A stretch of DNA of 64,000 nucleotides from Malacoraja senta (Eukaryota). Where the stretch lies: positions 16,618,001 through 16,682,000 of the forward strand of contig CM075987.1 in assembly GCA_038087875.1 (NCBI GenBank). The letters are read 5' to 3'. Each line of letters starts with the position of its first letter. Positions within the stretch are counted from its first letter, which is position 1. The translations under genes and the position numbers were made by a program. Under the pieces are notes generated by a model. It ran no database searches. It saw nothing but the letters and a program-made list of their open reading frames with translations, and had not been told where the DNA came from. Shown here one piece after another: positions 63,385-64,000 of the stretch.

Positions 63385-64000
63385 CAAAGGTTTCAAAGGT
63401 CTTTTATTGTCACGGTGTACCAATTAAGGTGCAGTGATATTCGTATTACCATGCAGCCATACTAAAACAAAAAGCAACAAGACACACAACTACATAAAAG
63501 TTAACATAAACATCCACCACAGTGGATTACCCACATTCCACACTGATGAAGGCAATAAAATCTAATCTTCCTCTCTCATTTTTCTCCTGCGGTCGGGGCA
63601 GTTGAATCATCCGTCGGGGCGATCGGAGTTCCCGCAGCCGGCGGTCGAAGCTCCCGCCTCGGGGCGGTCGAAGCTCCTGCGGCATGGAGCTCCCGAAGTC
63701 GGTCTCTAACCTGGGACCACGAGCTCCACGATGTTAAAGTCCGCAGGCTCCCGTTGTTGGAGCTCAGAGGTCGATCCCCGACAGGGATCGCCCGCTCCAC
63801 AATGGTGAGTCCGGCAGGCTTCCGCGGTGGAGCTCCCGAAGTCGGTCTCCAGCAAAGGCCGCCAACTCCTCGATGTTAGGCCGCAGTGCGGACGGAGATG
63901 CAATACGGAAAAACAACGGTAAGAAAAAAAGTTTCCCCCAACCCCCCCCCCCCCCACATAAAACCAGCTAAAGAACACTAAAACATACATTTAACACAAA
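63385..64000 (-). mobile_element. CpG-rich non-autonomous retroposon, tail type C (runs off the window end)
   Basis: Collinear with 60790-61430. Confidence 0.75.

Overview
Vertebrate nuclear DNA. The repeat content (HE1/V-SINE-like tRNA SINEs, CR1/HER1-like LINE debris, Penelope-derived short repeats) points to a cartilaginous fish, probably a skate or ray. The window matches the URM1 - mir-219-2 - CERCAM block of human 9q34.11. It holds URM1 coding exons 3-5 (+), a mir-219-2 hairpin (-) and the first coding exon of a CERCAM/COLGALT-family gene (+), which carries 1-nt frameshifts that are probably assembly errors. The only long ORF is the RT/CCHC part of a young 5'-truncated L1 with a perfect 15-bp TSD. 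The most interesting signal is a cluster of predicted self-cleaving ribozymes on the minus strand 1-3 kb upstream of CERCAM. Two short TSD-flanked inserts (149 and 169 bp) each begin with an HDV/CPEB3-like double-pseudoknot fold, and one of them is a minimal form without P4. The 149-bp insert sits inside a Penelope-like element just upstream of that element's hammerhead motif. Hammerhead-core Penelope-derived short repeats recur about 20 times. All ribozyme calls come from manual folding and are untested. TE boundaries are approximate unless a TSD is cited.
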